Below are positions 23,550 to 36,896 of a stretch of DNA of 64,000 nt, one piece after another. The notes under the pieces were generated by a model. It ran no database searches and had not been told where the DNA came from. It worked only from the letters and a program-made list of their open reading frames with translations. A program made the translations under genes and the position numbers. The stretch covers positions 60,202,001 through 60,266,000 of the forward strand of contig OZ024741.1 of the NCBI GenBank assembly GCA_964016885.1, read 5' to 3'. The stretch is from Eledone cirrhosa. Lineage: Eukaryota. Every line of letters begins with the position of its first letter. Positions within the stretch are counted from its first letter, which is position 1.

Positions 23550-26500
23550 AACTTATGCTTATTCATTTTTGGGGCCCTTTCTGCCTGTGTGTTTGTTTGT
23601 TTATGTGTGTTCGTATACAGCGTGGTGATAATGCCACACAAGGGCCAAGTGGAATGGCGGATCCACAGATGGATATGTAACCATACATTCGCCAATCCTC
23701 GATAAGAGTGTTTAAATATCGAACATAAACAGTTCGAATAACGGTGAAATGGAGACTAGAACGTCATGTGACAGACTCTCACCCAACAGGTGCCCCCTGG
23801 CTCAGCAGCAGGAACCTGACTGTCAACCAAATACTGCTGATGTTGGAGGAAGGAGAAGAAGGAAAGGGGCCAGAACCAACTGGACGAAAGAATTGAATAG
23901 AACTGTTATGCAATGTTACCTGAAAAGTAACCCCAAGGAGAGGGGCTACAGGAGACGGATGCATAACATCTGGAACGAGATTGGTTTATTTAAATTAGAT
24001 GAACAAAAATTGGCCGGGCAGGCTCGGGTAATAAGAACTAATGGATGGATAACTAATGGAGGAACTGAGCAGAGAGAATGGCTTGGAGATAGCGGGTGTA
24101 GTATGCCAGACAAGCGAGCCAGTGGGAAATGAAGGTGAAGAGGTCCTGAGAACGGAGGAACTACCCGAAGCAGACAATGATCTGAATACTGAGATAAATA
24201 ATACCTGGAACAGAGATACGGCCACTGAGGAGATGAATGCTGACGGGCTAGGACAAGATTCGGTTGACATCCTAAATTTAGTGGTAGATGAATTGAACAA
24301 TGATAGTGGGAGACCTATGAACCTAAGATTTGTAGACAGGAAAAAGTTAACAGAAACAACAGCTAAGGTAAACAAAGTCATCCCATACCTTGAGGCGAGG
24401 AGCCTTCACCAGTGCAACAATATCCTCAAAGCAACAGCAAATACGGTGAGGAAACTACTTGGTATAAAAGCGAGAGGAAACAACAGACAAGAAAGAGCAG
24501 AGCCGTGGTGGAAGAAGCGACTGAGTGGGCAAATCGGGGAAATGAGAAATGACATAGGAAAGCTTGAGTCACTACTGAATGGGACACTAAAAAACATAGG
24601 CACTAAAAATAGGCTGGAAATAAAATACAAAACTAAGAGGAAAAAGCTAAATATTATCATAGAGGAACTGAAGCAACGCATTGTAGCAAAGAGTGCAAAA
24701 ATCAGGCGATACGAGAACAGAGTCAGTCAGTATAAACAGAACCGCATGTTCGACAACAACCAGAAGATGCTGTTTGGACAGCTTGAGGGGAAAGAAAGAG
24801 GCAACAACTTGATCCCTGGGGTGGAGCAAACTAAAACATTCTGGAGAGGAATATGGGAGCAGGGTGTTAGACACAATGCCCAGGCAGGGTGGATTGAGAC
24901 AGTACAGAGGGAGATCGGTGAGCAGGCACAACAACAAACTGATTTGAGTATCACAGTTGAAACTCTTAAGGGGCAGGCCAAAAAACTAACCAACTGGAAA
25001 TCACCAGGCCCAGATGGTGTGCAGGGGTATTGGATTAAACATTTAACATCCCTCCACCCGAAGCTGACGGCCATGTTCAATGACTGCTTGGTGTCGGGTG
25101 AGGTGCCAGAGTGGTTGACAAAAGGTACCACAGTTCTGATAATGAAAGACCGAATTAAGGGTAATGATGTTACCAACTATAGACCTATCACATGTCTGTC
25201 CGTAATGTGGAAACTGTTGACGAGCATTGTGTCTGAGGAAATCTACCATCACCTCTACACAAACAACTTGTTACCGGACGAACAGAAAGGATGCCGAAAG
25301 AAGTCACGTGGTACAAAGGACCAGTTACTTATTGATAAGATGGTCATGGGGAACTGCAGGAGGAGACACACTGATCTTGCCATGGGATGGATAGACTACA
25401 GAAAGGCATTTGACATGGTGCCTCATTCCTGGATCACCAAAAGCCTGGAGATCTTCAGGGTGGCAAATAACATCAGACAGTTGCTAGGCAGGAGTATGGG
25501 GTCCTGGGAGACAGAGTTGACATCAACTGGAGTATCCTTGGGAAGCGTGAAGATCAAGAGAGGTATCTTCCAGGGAGATAGCCTGTCCCCTCTGTTGTTT
25601 GTCCTTGCCCTGATGCCCTTGACCATTATGCTGCGAAAAGTGAGAGCAGGATACAAGTTGGGAAGGGGAGAGCTTACCATCAATCACCTCCTCTTCATGG
25701 ACGATCTTAAGCTCTTCGGGAAAAGTGAGAAGGAGTTGGATGTGCTTGTTGACACTGTCCGTATTTTCAGCAGTGATATATGTATGCAGTTTGGTATTGG
25801 TAAATGTGGAGTCATTGTGATGAAGAGGGGTAGGTTTAGCAGAAGTAACGGGATCCAGATACCAACAGGTGAGATGATAAAGGAAATTGACTCTGAGGAA
25901 GGATACAAGTATTTGGGCGTTCTGGAGGCTGATGGCATAAAGAACAAAAAAATGAAGGAATTGTTAAGAACTGAATACATTCGGAGAGTAAGGAGCGTAT
26001 TGAAGTCACATCTGAACAGCAGAAATGCCATAAGCGCAGTAAATTCCCGAGCTGTGTCTATTATTAGGTACAGTGCGGGAATTCTGAGATGGAATGTTGC
26101 TGAACAAAAATAAATGGATAGGAAGACTAGGAAGCTATTGACTATCTACAACATGTTCCACAAGAGGAGTGATGTCGATAGACTCTACCTAAGGAGATCT
26201 GAGGGTGGAAGAGGTCTTATCAGCATAGAGGACTGTGTTCAGATGGAGAAAAACAACCTATACAAATACGTGGCCTATAGTAAGGAGCCAATGCTCAGAA
26301 CTGTACTGAAGGAGGGGACAGTAGGCCAGGGGATGTCCAAGGAGGAAATAACATCAAGGAGGAAGAGCAGCCTTAAGGGAAAATCCCTTCATAGTACCTT
26401 CTTTGAGAAAACTGAATTTAGAGATCCACAGACATGGAACTGGTTGAGAAGAGGAGACCTCAAAAAGGCTACAGAAGGAATGCTAATGGCTGCGCAGGAG

Positions 26501-27209
26501 CAGGCCCTCAAAACGAAGTGGTTGAAGCACCATATCTACAAGGAGGAGGCTAGCCCACTGTGCAGGATCTGTGGAGAGAGAGAGGAGACTGTGGCTCACA
26601 TTGTGTCCGAGTGTAAACACCTAGCCCAGACCCACTATAAGGGCTGGAGACACGATGTGATGGGCAGGGTGATCCACTGGCACCTGTGCAAAGTAAACAA
26701 TTTACCACATTCTGAGAAATGGTATGAGCATAGGCCAGAGGCGGTGATGGAGAACAATCAGGTGAAGGTGCTGTGGGATTTTAGGATACAGACGGACAAA
26801 AAACTGGAACACAATAGACCTGACCTGGTGGTTGTGGACAAAGAAAAAAGATCGTGCCTGATTGTGGATGTGGCCTGCCCATTCGACACGAGAGTGCAAG
26901 AGAAGGAGAGGGAGAAAATTAACCGATACCAGGACTTAAAGTGGGAGGTAAAAAGGATTTGGAACTGCCATGAAGTCAAAGTGATCCCGATTGTCATAGG
27001 CGCACTAGGGACTATCTCAAAAAGTTTCCAGGGATGGTTAAAGAAAATCGGCCCCTTCACGCTTTTTGGAACGCTTCAAAAGGCATGCTTGCTGGGAACA
27101 GCAAGAACCCTCCGATACGTCCTGAATATCTGAGGCTGCAGGTAGTGGCCTGATATTCATTCCAACAAACTTTCCAGTTAACTAACATCAATGACTGAGA
27201 CTCAAGGAG
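23550..27209 (+). mobile_element. Near full-length R4/Dong-type single-ORF LINE (RT plus RLE)
   Basis: ORFs 23749-24132, 24056-26113 (NWKSPGPDG, YRPITCL, WIDYRKAFDMVPH, GIFQGDSLSP, LFMDD) and 26114-27133 (CRIC..H..C, RHD, RPD, DVACPFD, GALG); one frameshift, one stop; (AAT)n tail. 5' boundary approximate. Confidence 0.93.
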
Positions 27210-27216
27210 TAATAAC

Positions 27217-27257
<41 letters not shown>

Positions 27258-27259
<2 letters not shown>

Positions 27260-27600
27260 TGGCCTGCCCGTTCGACACGAGAGTGCAAGAGAAGGAGAGG
27301 GAGAAAATTAACCGATACCAGGACCTAAAGTGGGAGGTGAAAAGGATTTGGAACTGCCATGAAGTCAAAGTGATCCCGATTGTCATAGGCGCACTGGGGA
27401 CTATCTCCAAAGGTTTCCAGGGATGGTTAAAGAAAATCGGCCCCTTCACGCTTTTTGGAACGCTTCAAAAGGCATGCTTGCTTGGAACGGCAAGAACCCT
27501 CCGATACGTCCTGAATATCTGAGGCTGCAGGTAGTGGCTTGATATTCAATCCAACGGACTTTCCAGTTAACCAACATCAATGACTGAGATTCAAGGAATA
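27258..27600 (+). mobile_element. Tandem 5'-truncated copy of the same Dong-type LINE
   Basis: Repeats 26868-27209 with scattered substitutions; sits in the (AAT)n tail and is followed by (AAT)n(AAG)n. Confidence 0.92.
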
Positions 27601-27610
27601 ATAATAATAA

Positions 27611-27641
<31 letters not shown>

Positions 27642-27680
27642 AAGAAGAAGAAGAAGAAGAAGAAGAAAGATGAATGAGCA

Positions 27681-27719
<39 letters not shown>

Positions 27720-27748
27720 CATATATATACACACACATATATATATAT

Positions 27749-27885
27749 ATATTTATTAAAATAACAGATTAAAGTTTAAGCAAAGAATCGCTGCTTTCAC
27801 CCTTAACGGGATCTTCTGAAGATCCCGTTAAGCGTGAAAGCAGCGATTCTTTGCTTAAACTTTAATCTGTTATTTTAATAAATAT
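27749..27885. repeat. Near-perfect ~135 bp palindrome centred on a hammerhead core
   Basis: atatttattaaaataacag..gggatcttc-t-gaagatccc..ctgttattttaataaatat with one mismatch; the right arm reads CTGAAGA-tcccgttaagcgt-GAAA. Confidence 0.9.
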
Positions 27886-27980
27886 TTGCTCTACGGTTCT
27901 TATATATTTGATATATATTTATCCTTATCGAGCCCTCTTTGGATTTTAGTCTTCAAATTTATTATTATTACTATATATAT

Positions 27981-28140
27981 ATATAAAGAAAAAAAGATGA
28001 AATCGAAAATGCAACTGGCGTCTTATTTTTTTGAAAAGCAGAAGAACTGCGAAACCGGTAAAGGAACCAAATAAATATATATATTTTTAAAAAAAGTAAC
28101 TCTCCAGTTGCATTTTCGATTTCATCTTTTTTTCTTTATA
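27981..28140. repeat. Fold-back repeat family X, copy 1
   Basis: Terminal arms tataaagaaaaaaagatgaaatcgaaaatgcaactgg and its reverse complement; core gcagaagaactgcgaaaccggtaaaggaacc shared with 29900 and 47935. Confidence 0.85.
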
Positions 28141-28195
28141 CTTTCACTGGTGTAGGACACCTCGGTTATTTTTCATTTTGTAAAAGAAACCTCAC

Positions 28196-28253
<58 letters not shown>

Positions 28254-28844
28254 TTCCTTCTGATATCAAATACCGTCTGTTCTACAATATAATGTAATAT
28301 ATCAATATTTCTTTTGGAACAAAAATTTTACACAGATTTCTTTCGAATATTTTATCATTCTAGTATTTGTTTTATGTTTTTCCGCCTTAAAGTTAACAAG
28401 TATGTCGCTCTTTCTCTCTCTTTTCCTACCCATCCCTCTTTCTCTGTCTCTCTCTCACATATCTACATATAATATTTATACATACAAACTCACACATGTA
28501 TGTATGTGTGTGCACGTTTGTGTGTATGTGTGTGTACGGGGGTGTACATTTTGTAAATCTCTTAGTATTAATTCAATATTTATTCAAATTATTGAAGTCC
28601 AGTTAATATATGCCACCAAACAGTCATACATTTTGAGCCTGTTACCACTAGACTGCAAAATATATATCAATATCGACACCAGAGCGACTCTTTCATAGCA
28701 ACCCATTGAATGTGTATATATTTTTGTGGTTTTATTCACACTTCTAACTATAGATCATAAACGAAATATAATCAATACGATTACAAAATGCTGCTACTTA
28801 AACAACTCCAATAACAGTGTTAACAACAATCTTCTCTCTATATT

Positions 28845-28943
<99 letters not shown>

Positions 28944-29067
28944 AATGGTAGCTATGATGCTTCCATAGGCAGTATGCCAGTTGAGCACTCTATGTTCTTA
29001 GAGAGCAGAGTGTGATATAATATAAAACGAAAAATCAGTGATGCATCTGGACTCAATTTATTGTGTG

Positions 29068-29150
29068 TTACAATTGTTTCGCCGGCAGATAGCTCGAGAT
29101 ACGATCATTGTATGGATCTGTCTGATTCTAGATCTGCAGGTTCTTCGGAC
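29068..29150 (-). ncRNA. Degenerate hammerhead-like motif with long stem II
   Basis: Minus strand: CCGAAGA-a-cctgcagat...atctgccgg-c-GAAA-caattg; core U4 replaced by C. Confidence 0.4.
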
Positions 29151-29578
29151 ACAGGCAATAATTTCGGAACAAATTTTCTCACAAAGTTTGTTCCGAAAGT
29201 ATTCACTGATTTTTCGTTATATATATATGTATATATATATGACAGCCATAATTTCATTTATAACCAATCAAATTACGTTTATTAAAAAAAAGCCTTCGTG
29301 AGCCCCCTTTTTTTAAGTAAAAAGAAATTCAAACACACTCACACAACACACACACACACACAAGCACACAAATAAATATACATATCTTTGCTTTCTTTAT
29401 TCAATAGAAAATCTGAATTCTGATACCCCAGCGAACTAACCATATACACTGAACCAGAATAATTCTCCCATCCAATTTCTCTTTACCATTATCTTGTGCT
29501 TGTCATAAAATTCTCTAAAAAGGCTTCAGAATAAATTTCCAAATAACGGCGCGAAAATTTAATGAAAACTTGGTCACG

Positions 29579-29999
29579 TGACAGCCATAATTTCATTTAT
29601 AACCAATCAAATTACGTTTATTTTAAAAAAAGCCTTCGAGAGACCCCTTTTTTTAAGTAAAAAGAAATTCAAACACTCATATATGAAAAAACAACCTGTG
29701 ACCCCCCCCCCCCCCCCTTGTTTGAAGAACTTTGTAACGCGAACTGGCGCGAAATTTATTATAATTATTGACCAACCAATCAAATTTCTTCTCGAAAAAC
29801 TTGGCATTTCGAGCCACTTTTTCCATATGAAACAAGTAACATTCAGAGACCAACCAGATGTGAGAAAAACCACAGACCCTCCATCTCAACTCTACTTTTG
29901 AAAGGCAGAAGAACTGCGAAACCGGTAAAGGAACCAAATAAATATATATATTTTAAAATAAATAAGACTCCAGTTGCATTTTCGATTTCATCTTTTTTT

Positions 30000-30006
<7 letters not shown>
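29579..30006 (+). repeat. Repeat family X, longest copy; its 5' ~95 bp also at 29240-29336
   Basis: Shares 29871-30006 with 47906-48038 and the 3' part with 28028-28140; tgacagccataatttc..ttcaaacac occurs twice. Confidence 0.8.
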
Positions 30007-30043
<37 letters not shown>

Positions 30044-30129
30044 GTAGGTCCCGGGTTGAGTCGGGGATAACCACAGTAAGTAAGGTACTAAATACATGGC
30101 AGAGTAAAATATATTTATTGTATAGAAGG

Positions 30130-30180
30130 AGCTTCTACAGGACTAGTACTGTTTCATTCAGATGAAATCTTCAGGAAGCT
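30130..30180 (-). ncRNA. Complete type I hammerhead ribozyme
   Basis: Minus strand: agcttc-CTGAAGA-t-ttca(tc)tgaa-t-GAA-acag(tactagtc)ctgt-A-gaagct; 6 bp stem I, 4 bp stem III, GUA cleavage triplet. Confidence 0.75.
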
Positions 30181-30349
30181 GGGTGTCATATTAAGTTCTG
30201 GTATTTATACATTTAGGTAGTGGTAAGGGAGGGGTGGTGGCTGGGGGGGGATTTTTTGGGGTAGGATGGTATTTAGATACACAGGACCACAACATGGCAC
30301 AGGCCGTTTTTTCTTTGGGGAGTGGTCAATTAGCCAGAGTGCTTTTTGA

Positions 30350-30692
30350 AATAAAAGGAAAAGAAAAAGAAAAAGTAAATAAATAAGTAAATAAATAAAT
30401 AAATAAATAAATGAATAAATAGATAAATGAATAAATAAATAAAAATAAATAAAAATAAATAAAAACCCCAAGAATAGTAATTCAACAGATATATAGTAGG
30501 GAAATTTTTTAGGTGGGTTGGTATTAGAAGATAAACAAGACCGAATCATGGCACAGACTGAGGTGAGTGGTCAAGTTAACATACAAGCTACAGGTGGCCA
30601 GAGTGTTTTTGTAGAATGGAAAGAATAAAATATATTTACATACTCACAACCACATACATAAACACTTACACACACATATATATATGCATACC

Positions 30693-30730
<38 letters not shown>

Positions 30731-31380
30731 TATATATATATACATATATACATATACATACATATAAATATATATACACACAAGAAAAAACACATACACA
30801 CATATATACACACACACACGCATACACATACACACACATATATATGCATACACACATATATATATATACATATACATACATATATATCTACACATGCACA
30901 CGTGCATATACACATATATATATACACACATACATGTATGTATGTCTCTCGGTATAAACTATACATACATATACATACATATGCACACACATACATACAT
31001 ACCCATACATACACACACACAAACACATACATACACACATATACATATATACATATACACACATACATACACATAAACACATATACACATACACGCACTC
31101 GTTCGCACACATACATGTAACTATAATATATTGGGAAAAGGTGGTGGGACAAATTATAAACTGAGCCTGATAGAGGATTAAAATAATTATTATCACTACT
31201 AAGTTATTAATATTATCATCAAGTAATTAATTACTATTTATTATTTACTATTTACCATTCACTAATCATTACCTATCTTTTATCTTTTATCTATTCATTA
31301 CCTAATCATTCACTTATTAATTAATAAATAAATGAGTTAACTAATAAACAAACACACAAACAGATAAACAAATAAACAAA

Positions 31381-31411
<31 letters not shown>

Positions 31412-31500
31412 ATAGATAAATAAATAAATAAATAAATAAAATAACTAAATAAATAAATAAATAAATAAATATACAAATAAATAGATAAATAAATAAATCT
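30350..31500. repeat. Microsatellite block (TAAA)n, (CA)n, (CATA)n, (TA)n
   Basis: Directly visible; contains short unique interruptions. Confidence 0.9.
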
Positions 31501-31638
31501 CGAACGTGTGCGTGCAGCAGTTCATAACTGCACGTATGCAAACATGAGCAGGTATATACGTGAATTTGTGTGTGCGGCCACGGAACCTTACTCAGAGGCA
31601 TACAACACAATATATATGACCTGGAGGGGAGGAAAGAA

Positions 31639-31805
31639 GGTAAACCACGGATGCCGATACTTGGATTTTCAACAAGGAAGTGTGTATTTCTAGTAGATAC
31701 AGCACGTGTTGTTGGCCAGTCGCTGATTTGAACTTGAAGTGTAAACATAGAACGCTGAAACTTCTTCCTTGTTGAAAATCCAAGTATCGGCCTCCGTGGT
31801 TTACC
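31639..31805. repeat. 42 bp inverted repeat with 83 bp spacer
   Basis: ggtaaaccacggatgccgatacttggattttcaacaaggaag (31639-31680) versus its reverse complement at 31764-31805, one mismatch. Confidence 0.9.
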
Positions 31806-32133
31806 ATTCGATTAATTGGTGAAATATATTTCTTTAATGGAATATATACAGGGAAGATTAATCATATTATAAGGTATCTATTTTTGAAGTTCTGGTCAAC
31901 TTTATTTAGTTACCTACCTAGCTATGTGTGCGTACACACTTGTAAAAATTATCTCCTGTGATTATTCATGTTTATTTATATGTTAATCAATTTCTAGTTA
32001 TTATAAAATGCTCAGACCTATTCGTTAGAATCTTAGAGCTTATTTTGCGGGTGATATGGCGCATGTCTTTCTGCCATGACACCGATAATTTTGATTTCGA
32101 TTAAATTCCTTTTGATTTATCTTAATTTTGGAG

Positions 32134-32217
<84 letters not shown>

Positions 32218-32256
32218 ATGTATGTATGTATGTATGTATGTATGTATGTATGTATG

Positions 32257-34675
32257 TTCTTCTGGTTTTATAATTTCACAAAGTTTTACCAATAGAGAGA
32301 GAGTCGGTTTCTAACATAGACACAAGACTCTCTCATTGGAATTTACACAACATCAACTAGGTAGATATGTATGTATGCATGTGTAGATATGGATGTTATT
32401 GTATGTGTGGATGTGGATGTTTTGAGTTGTATGTGTGCATGTGTACATGCTTTGTATCTGTACATGTGTATATGCAGTTATTAGATGCTAAATGTTTGGA
32501 ATGTTTTACATATTGTTACTGTTCCATTAATGGATTGTACTTGTAATTTCCTAACTAGTTGTGTTCTTTCTGTTTCTGTGAAGCCTACCTTCTCAAGATT
32601 TGTATTGAGGCAGTTACTAACATATCCCATTGCCCCAATAGTGTAATCAGGCTGGAGTATCTGCAGATTTCTCATCAGTTCTGCATAAATATTCTCCTTT
32701 TCACTAATCTTTGATATTATATTGGCATCTGCTGTGCAGCTAATTTCCAATACTGTGCATGTTTTTTTCTTCCTGTCCCATATTATAATATGTGGTCTGT
32801 TATGCCTGCATTCTATTGGGGTTTTTACTGGAACATTCCACCAGTACTCTTTCATATTAAGTATATGGATGTCTTCCACATTGTTGTAGCTTTTAATGTG
32901 TTTTTTATCGGGGCTATCTTTTTTACGAACTGCATTGTACAGTGTTTTGGCCACTACATCATGCCTCATAGGTAGATAGTACCGCGATGAGATCTTTGGA
33001 GAGCTGCTGATGACATGGGTGATATCCTCGATGTTAGTTCTGCAGAGTCTGCACTTGTTATCACATCTAGGTGTTTTACCTGCATCCCTATCTCTTTTGT
33101 GAATCAGGTATTTCGTGCTAATGTCCTGTTCCTGGATTGCAAAAGCGTATCCTTCAAAGTGGGAGCCAATATAGCGGTTGTTGGTCCAAGATAGACTGCT
33201 TTCCTTATCTATATTACTCTCACTCTGGAGCTTCCTGGCAACATATCCATGCATGATTTTTTTGCTGATAGGCATGCAGTTTTTCATCCATGGATTCACT
33301 GCGATACTGCTGAGCGACATCCCTGGGTGTGAGTTTTTGATTATCACACAGGGAATATCTCTCAAGCAGTTCCTTCCCAACTCTCATGATCTTATCTGTT
33401 TCATGCAGATAGACATGCTCGAGAAACGGGCTCCTACGCTTCCAGGTTCGTAGATGTTGTCGGAGAGATATGATGCGACATTCAAATGTTGTCTGGACTG
33501 ATGTTAGGCCTCTGCCGCCCTGCTTACGTTTCAAGTAAAGGCGGTTTATGTCACTGTTGATGTGGAAGTTTCCGGTGTTGTTCAGTATTTTTAGAGTTAC
33601 AACATCTACTGCTCGGATTTCGTCTATCGTCCAATTGGGTATTCCAAAGGTTGGTGTTAGGACAGGCACAGCAAACACATTGTGAGCCACTGTTTTGTTT
33701 TGCGCAGAGAGTTCCAATGACCAGATCTTTCTTAATCGGGTGTAGTATTCCCTGGTTACGCGTTCTTTATTACAGATACCATTATAGGATATGTTCCCAT
33801 CTATCCCCAGGTATCTGTAGCAGTCCTCATCAGATATCGGTGAAACAGTTAGACCATTGATGACAATGTTGCTAGATTGGGTTGTTGTTTTCCTCTCTTT
33901 ACAGTCATGTATGAGCATTTATCTTGGCCAAACTCCATTCCTATATCCTTTGAGAATATTGTAACTAGGTCAAGATTTTTCTTCATCCCATCGATGTTCT
34001 TGGCATAGAGTTTCAGATCGTCCACAAAGAAATTATGGGTTAGGTTCGTATTTCTGTCCTCCTGTGAGCCAATGATGTATCCCTCACATTTCTTGATCAG
34101 AAAGGACAAGGGGTTAATGACAAGATGAACAATATCACAGAGAGACTGTCCCCCTGAAATATACCCCTGCAATATTTTATTTTATCAGTGAAAATAGAGT
34201 CCTCCCTCTCTGTCTTTAACATTAGGATAGTAGCCCAAGAAGAAGACAGCCTCTCTATGGCTCTGACAATAATGTCTGGGACTTTAACAAGTTGGAGGGC
34301 CTCTATCATCCAAGAGTGGGGAACAGAATCGAAAGCTTTCCTGTAGTCCAGCCAGACTGTAGTCATATTCCTCCTAAGTTGTCGCACCTCCGACATCGCA
34401 GTTTTGTTGATTAGGAGTTGTTCAGCACATCCCAAAACACTTCTTTCCAGCTGCTTGTTCAACTGTGATGATGTTATTATTTTCACAGTGATCTTGGAGG
34501 AATAGGTTCAGGCAGGCTGTATACATCTTATACATCAGGTTCTGGCATGCAATGGGTCAGTAGTTTTTTGCCAAGTGAGTGTCTTTGTTCTTGGGGACCA
34601 GTAACGTTTGTGCTAATGTCAACCATTCTGGTATAAGTGTATCTCCCTTAAGCACTTGCTGGTAGAGGTCAGTAT
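32257..34675 (-). mobile_element. 5'-truncated RLE-type LINE (R4/Dong-like), distinct family, in (CATA)n
   Basis: GCAEQLLIN, WLDYRKAFDSVPH, GIFQGDSLS, FFVDDLKLYA, YRYLG, CRLC..EDITHVIS, RHD, IGAMG across ORFs 32481-34751; 3' UTR hairpin gagagagtc/gactctctc; (TATG)n on both sides. Confidence 0.9.
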
Positions 34676-34737
34676 GTTTGTATGTATGTATGTATGTATG
34701 TATGTATGTATGTCTGTATGTATGTATGTAAGTATGT

Positions 34738-35305
34738 ACAAACTGTCTCATGGTCGGGTCTTAGGCGACTAAACTACCAACCCCACCAAGGTTTCGTGGT
34801 GAGGAGGGGGACTTTGGACATCCTGCAGGACTAAAAACAAAACCTGTCAAAGGGCAAAGGAGCTCTTAAGAGTCAATGGCCATCCAAAATCACCGGGAGA
34901 GATGGCCCCTTAGCCTTTGTCAAGGCAGAATTCTAGGAGAAGGAAAACTCAGATATAACACCTGCAACCCTGATGGTATCCAATGATGTTGACTTGTTCT
35001 TCCTTTTCGTAAATATCATCTTGGTTAAGAGAGTGGGACTGGCTTTCTGCAGTGCCTTTGCTCACTATAAAAGCTTCACGGCACAGGCATTGCTTTATAT
35101 CTGGAGATCTCTCTTCACTTGTCGTTACATGGTACCATGGGCCCAGCACTATGTGTCAATAATTGTCACAAGTATAGTGTTTGTACCAGAGTTTTCAAGT
35201 CGCTGGCTGGACTAAAAAGTCACACTCGTTCAGCGCATCGGTAAGGGTTCTCCTACATGGATATAAAGTGGTGGCCGTACTCGAAAACGAGTTGGCAGCC
35301 ACCAT
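34738..35305 (+). mobile_element. Bipartite non-autonomous RTE derivative, copy A
   Basis: Middle matches RTE 5' UTR 37170-37393; 3' part matches last zinc finger and terminal hairpin of the RTE (40950-41030, 41320-41353). Confidence 0.85.
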
Positions 35306-35325
35306 GTATGTATGTATGTATATAT

Positions 35326-35842
35326 ATTCTGCCTTGACAAAGGCTAAGGGGTCATCTCTCACCCGGTGATTTTGGATGGCCATTGACTCTTAAGAGCTCC
35401 TTTGCCCTTTGACAGGTTTTGTTTTTAGTTCTGCAGGATGTCCAAAGTCACCCTCCTCACCAAGAAACCTAGGAGAAGGAAAACTCTGATATAACACCTG
35501 CAACCCTGATGGTATTCAATAATGTTGACTTGTTCTTCTTTTGGGTAAATATCATCTTGGTTAACAGAGTGGGACTGGCTTTGTGCAGTGCCTTTGCTCA
35601 CTATAAAAGCTTCACAGCACAGTCATTGCTTTATATCTGGAGATCTCTCTGCACTTGTCGTCACATGGTACCATGGGCCCAACATAATATGTCAATAATT
35701 GTCACAAGTGTAGTGTTTGTACCAGAGTTTTCAAGTCGCTAGCTGGGCTAAAAAGTCACAGTCGTTCAGCGCATCGATAGGGGTTCTCCTTCATGGATAT
35801 AAAGTAGTGGCCGTACTCGAAAACGAGTTGGCAGCCACCATG
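35326..35842 (+). mobile_element. Bipartite RTE derivative, copy B, with 5' inversion
   Basis: 35326-35470 is the reverse complement of the consensus segment ggtttcttgg..ggcagaat; the direct part resumes at ctaggagaagg. Confidence 0.85.
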
Positions 35843-36120
35843 TATGTATATATGTATGTATGTTGGTAGAGGTCGGTATGTATGTATGTATGTATGTATG
35901 TATGTATGTATGTATGTATGTATGTATGTATGTATGTATGTATGTATGTATGTGTATATATGTATATATATGTATATATATATATATATATGTATATATC
36001 TATGTATGTATGTATATATATGTATGTATATAAATATATATGTATGTATATATATGTGCATGTATGTATATATATATATGTATATATATATGTATATGTA
36101 TGTATATATATATGTATATG

Positions 36121-36178
<58 letters not shown>

Positions 36179-36194
36179 TATATACATATGTATG

Positions 36195-36289
<95 letters not shown>

Positions 36290-36321
36290 GTGTATGTATA
36301 TATATATATATATATACATAT
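35843..36321. repeat. (TATG)n/(TA)n microsatellite
   Basis: Directly visible. Confidence 0.95.
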
Positions 36322-36896
36322 GTCAGGTCACCAGTTGGTGCTACTGGTAACATGTATCCCAGTACAACCTGTCTCATGGTCGGGTCGTTGGCGACTAAAC
36401 TGGCAACCCCACCAAGGTTTCTTGGTGAGGAGGGTGACTGGACATCCTGCAGGACTAAAAATAAAACCTGTCAAAGGGCAAAGGAGCTCTTAAGAGTCAA
36501 TGGCCATCCAAAATCACCGGGAGAGATGACTCCTTAGCCTTTGTCAAGGCAGAATTCTAGGAGAAGGAAAACTTTGATGTAACACCTGCAACCCTGATGG
36601 TATCCAATGATTTGACTTGTCCTTCTTTTTGGTAAATATCATCTTGGTTAAGAGAGTGGGACTGGCTTTGTGCAGTGCCTTTGCTCACTATAAAAGATTC
36701 ACAGCACAGGCATTGCTTTGTATCTGGAGATCTCTCTGCACTTGTCATCACATGGTACCATGGGCCCAGCACTATGTGTCAATAATTGTCACAAGTGTAG
36801 TGTCTGTACCAGAGTTTTCAAGTCGCTGGCTGGACTAAAAAGTCACATTCGTTCAGCGTATCGGTAGGGGTCCTCCTACGAGTTGGCAGCCACCAT
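36322..36896 (+). mobile_element. Bipartite RTE derivative, copy C (complete 5' end)
   Basis: Starts gtcaggtcaccagttggtgctactgg as in copy D; small deletion near the 3' end. Confidence 0.88.

Noticed and set aside
35756-36537. Long YI/VC/HT-rich ORFs here and at 491, 28726, 30571, 40981, 42764, 45164, 50728, 56455, 61178
   Set aside because: Translations of stop-free (TA)n, (TG)n and (TATG)n microsatellites.
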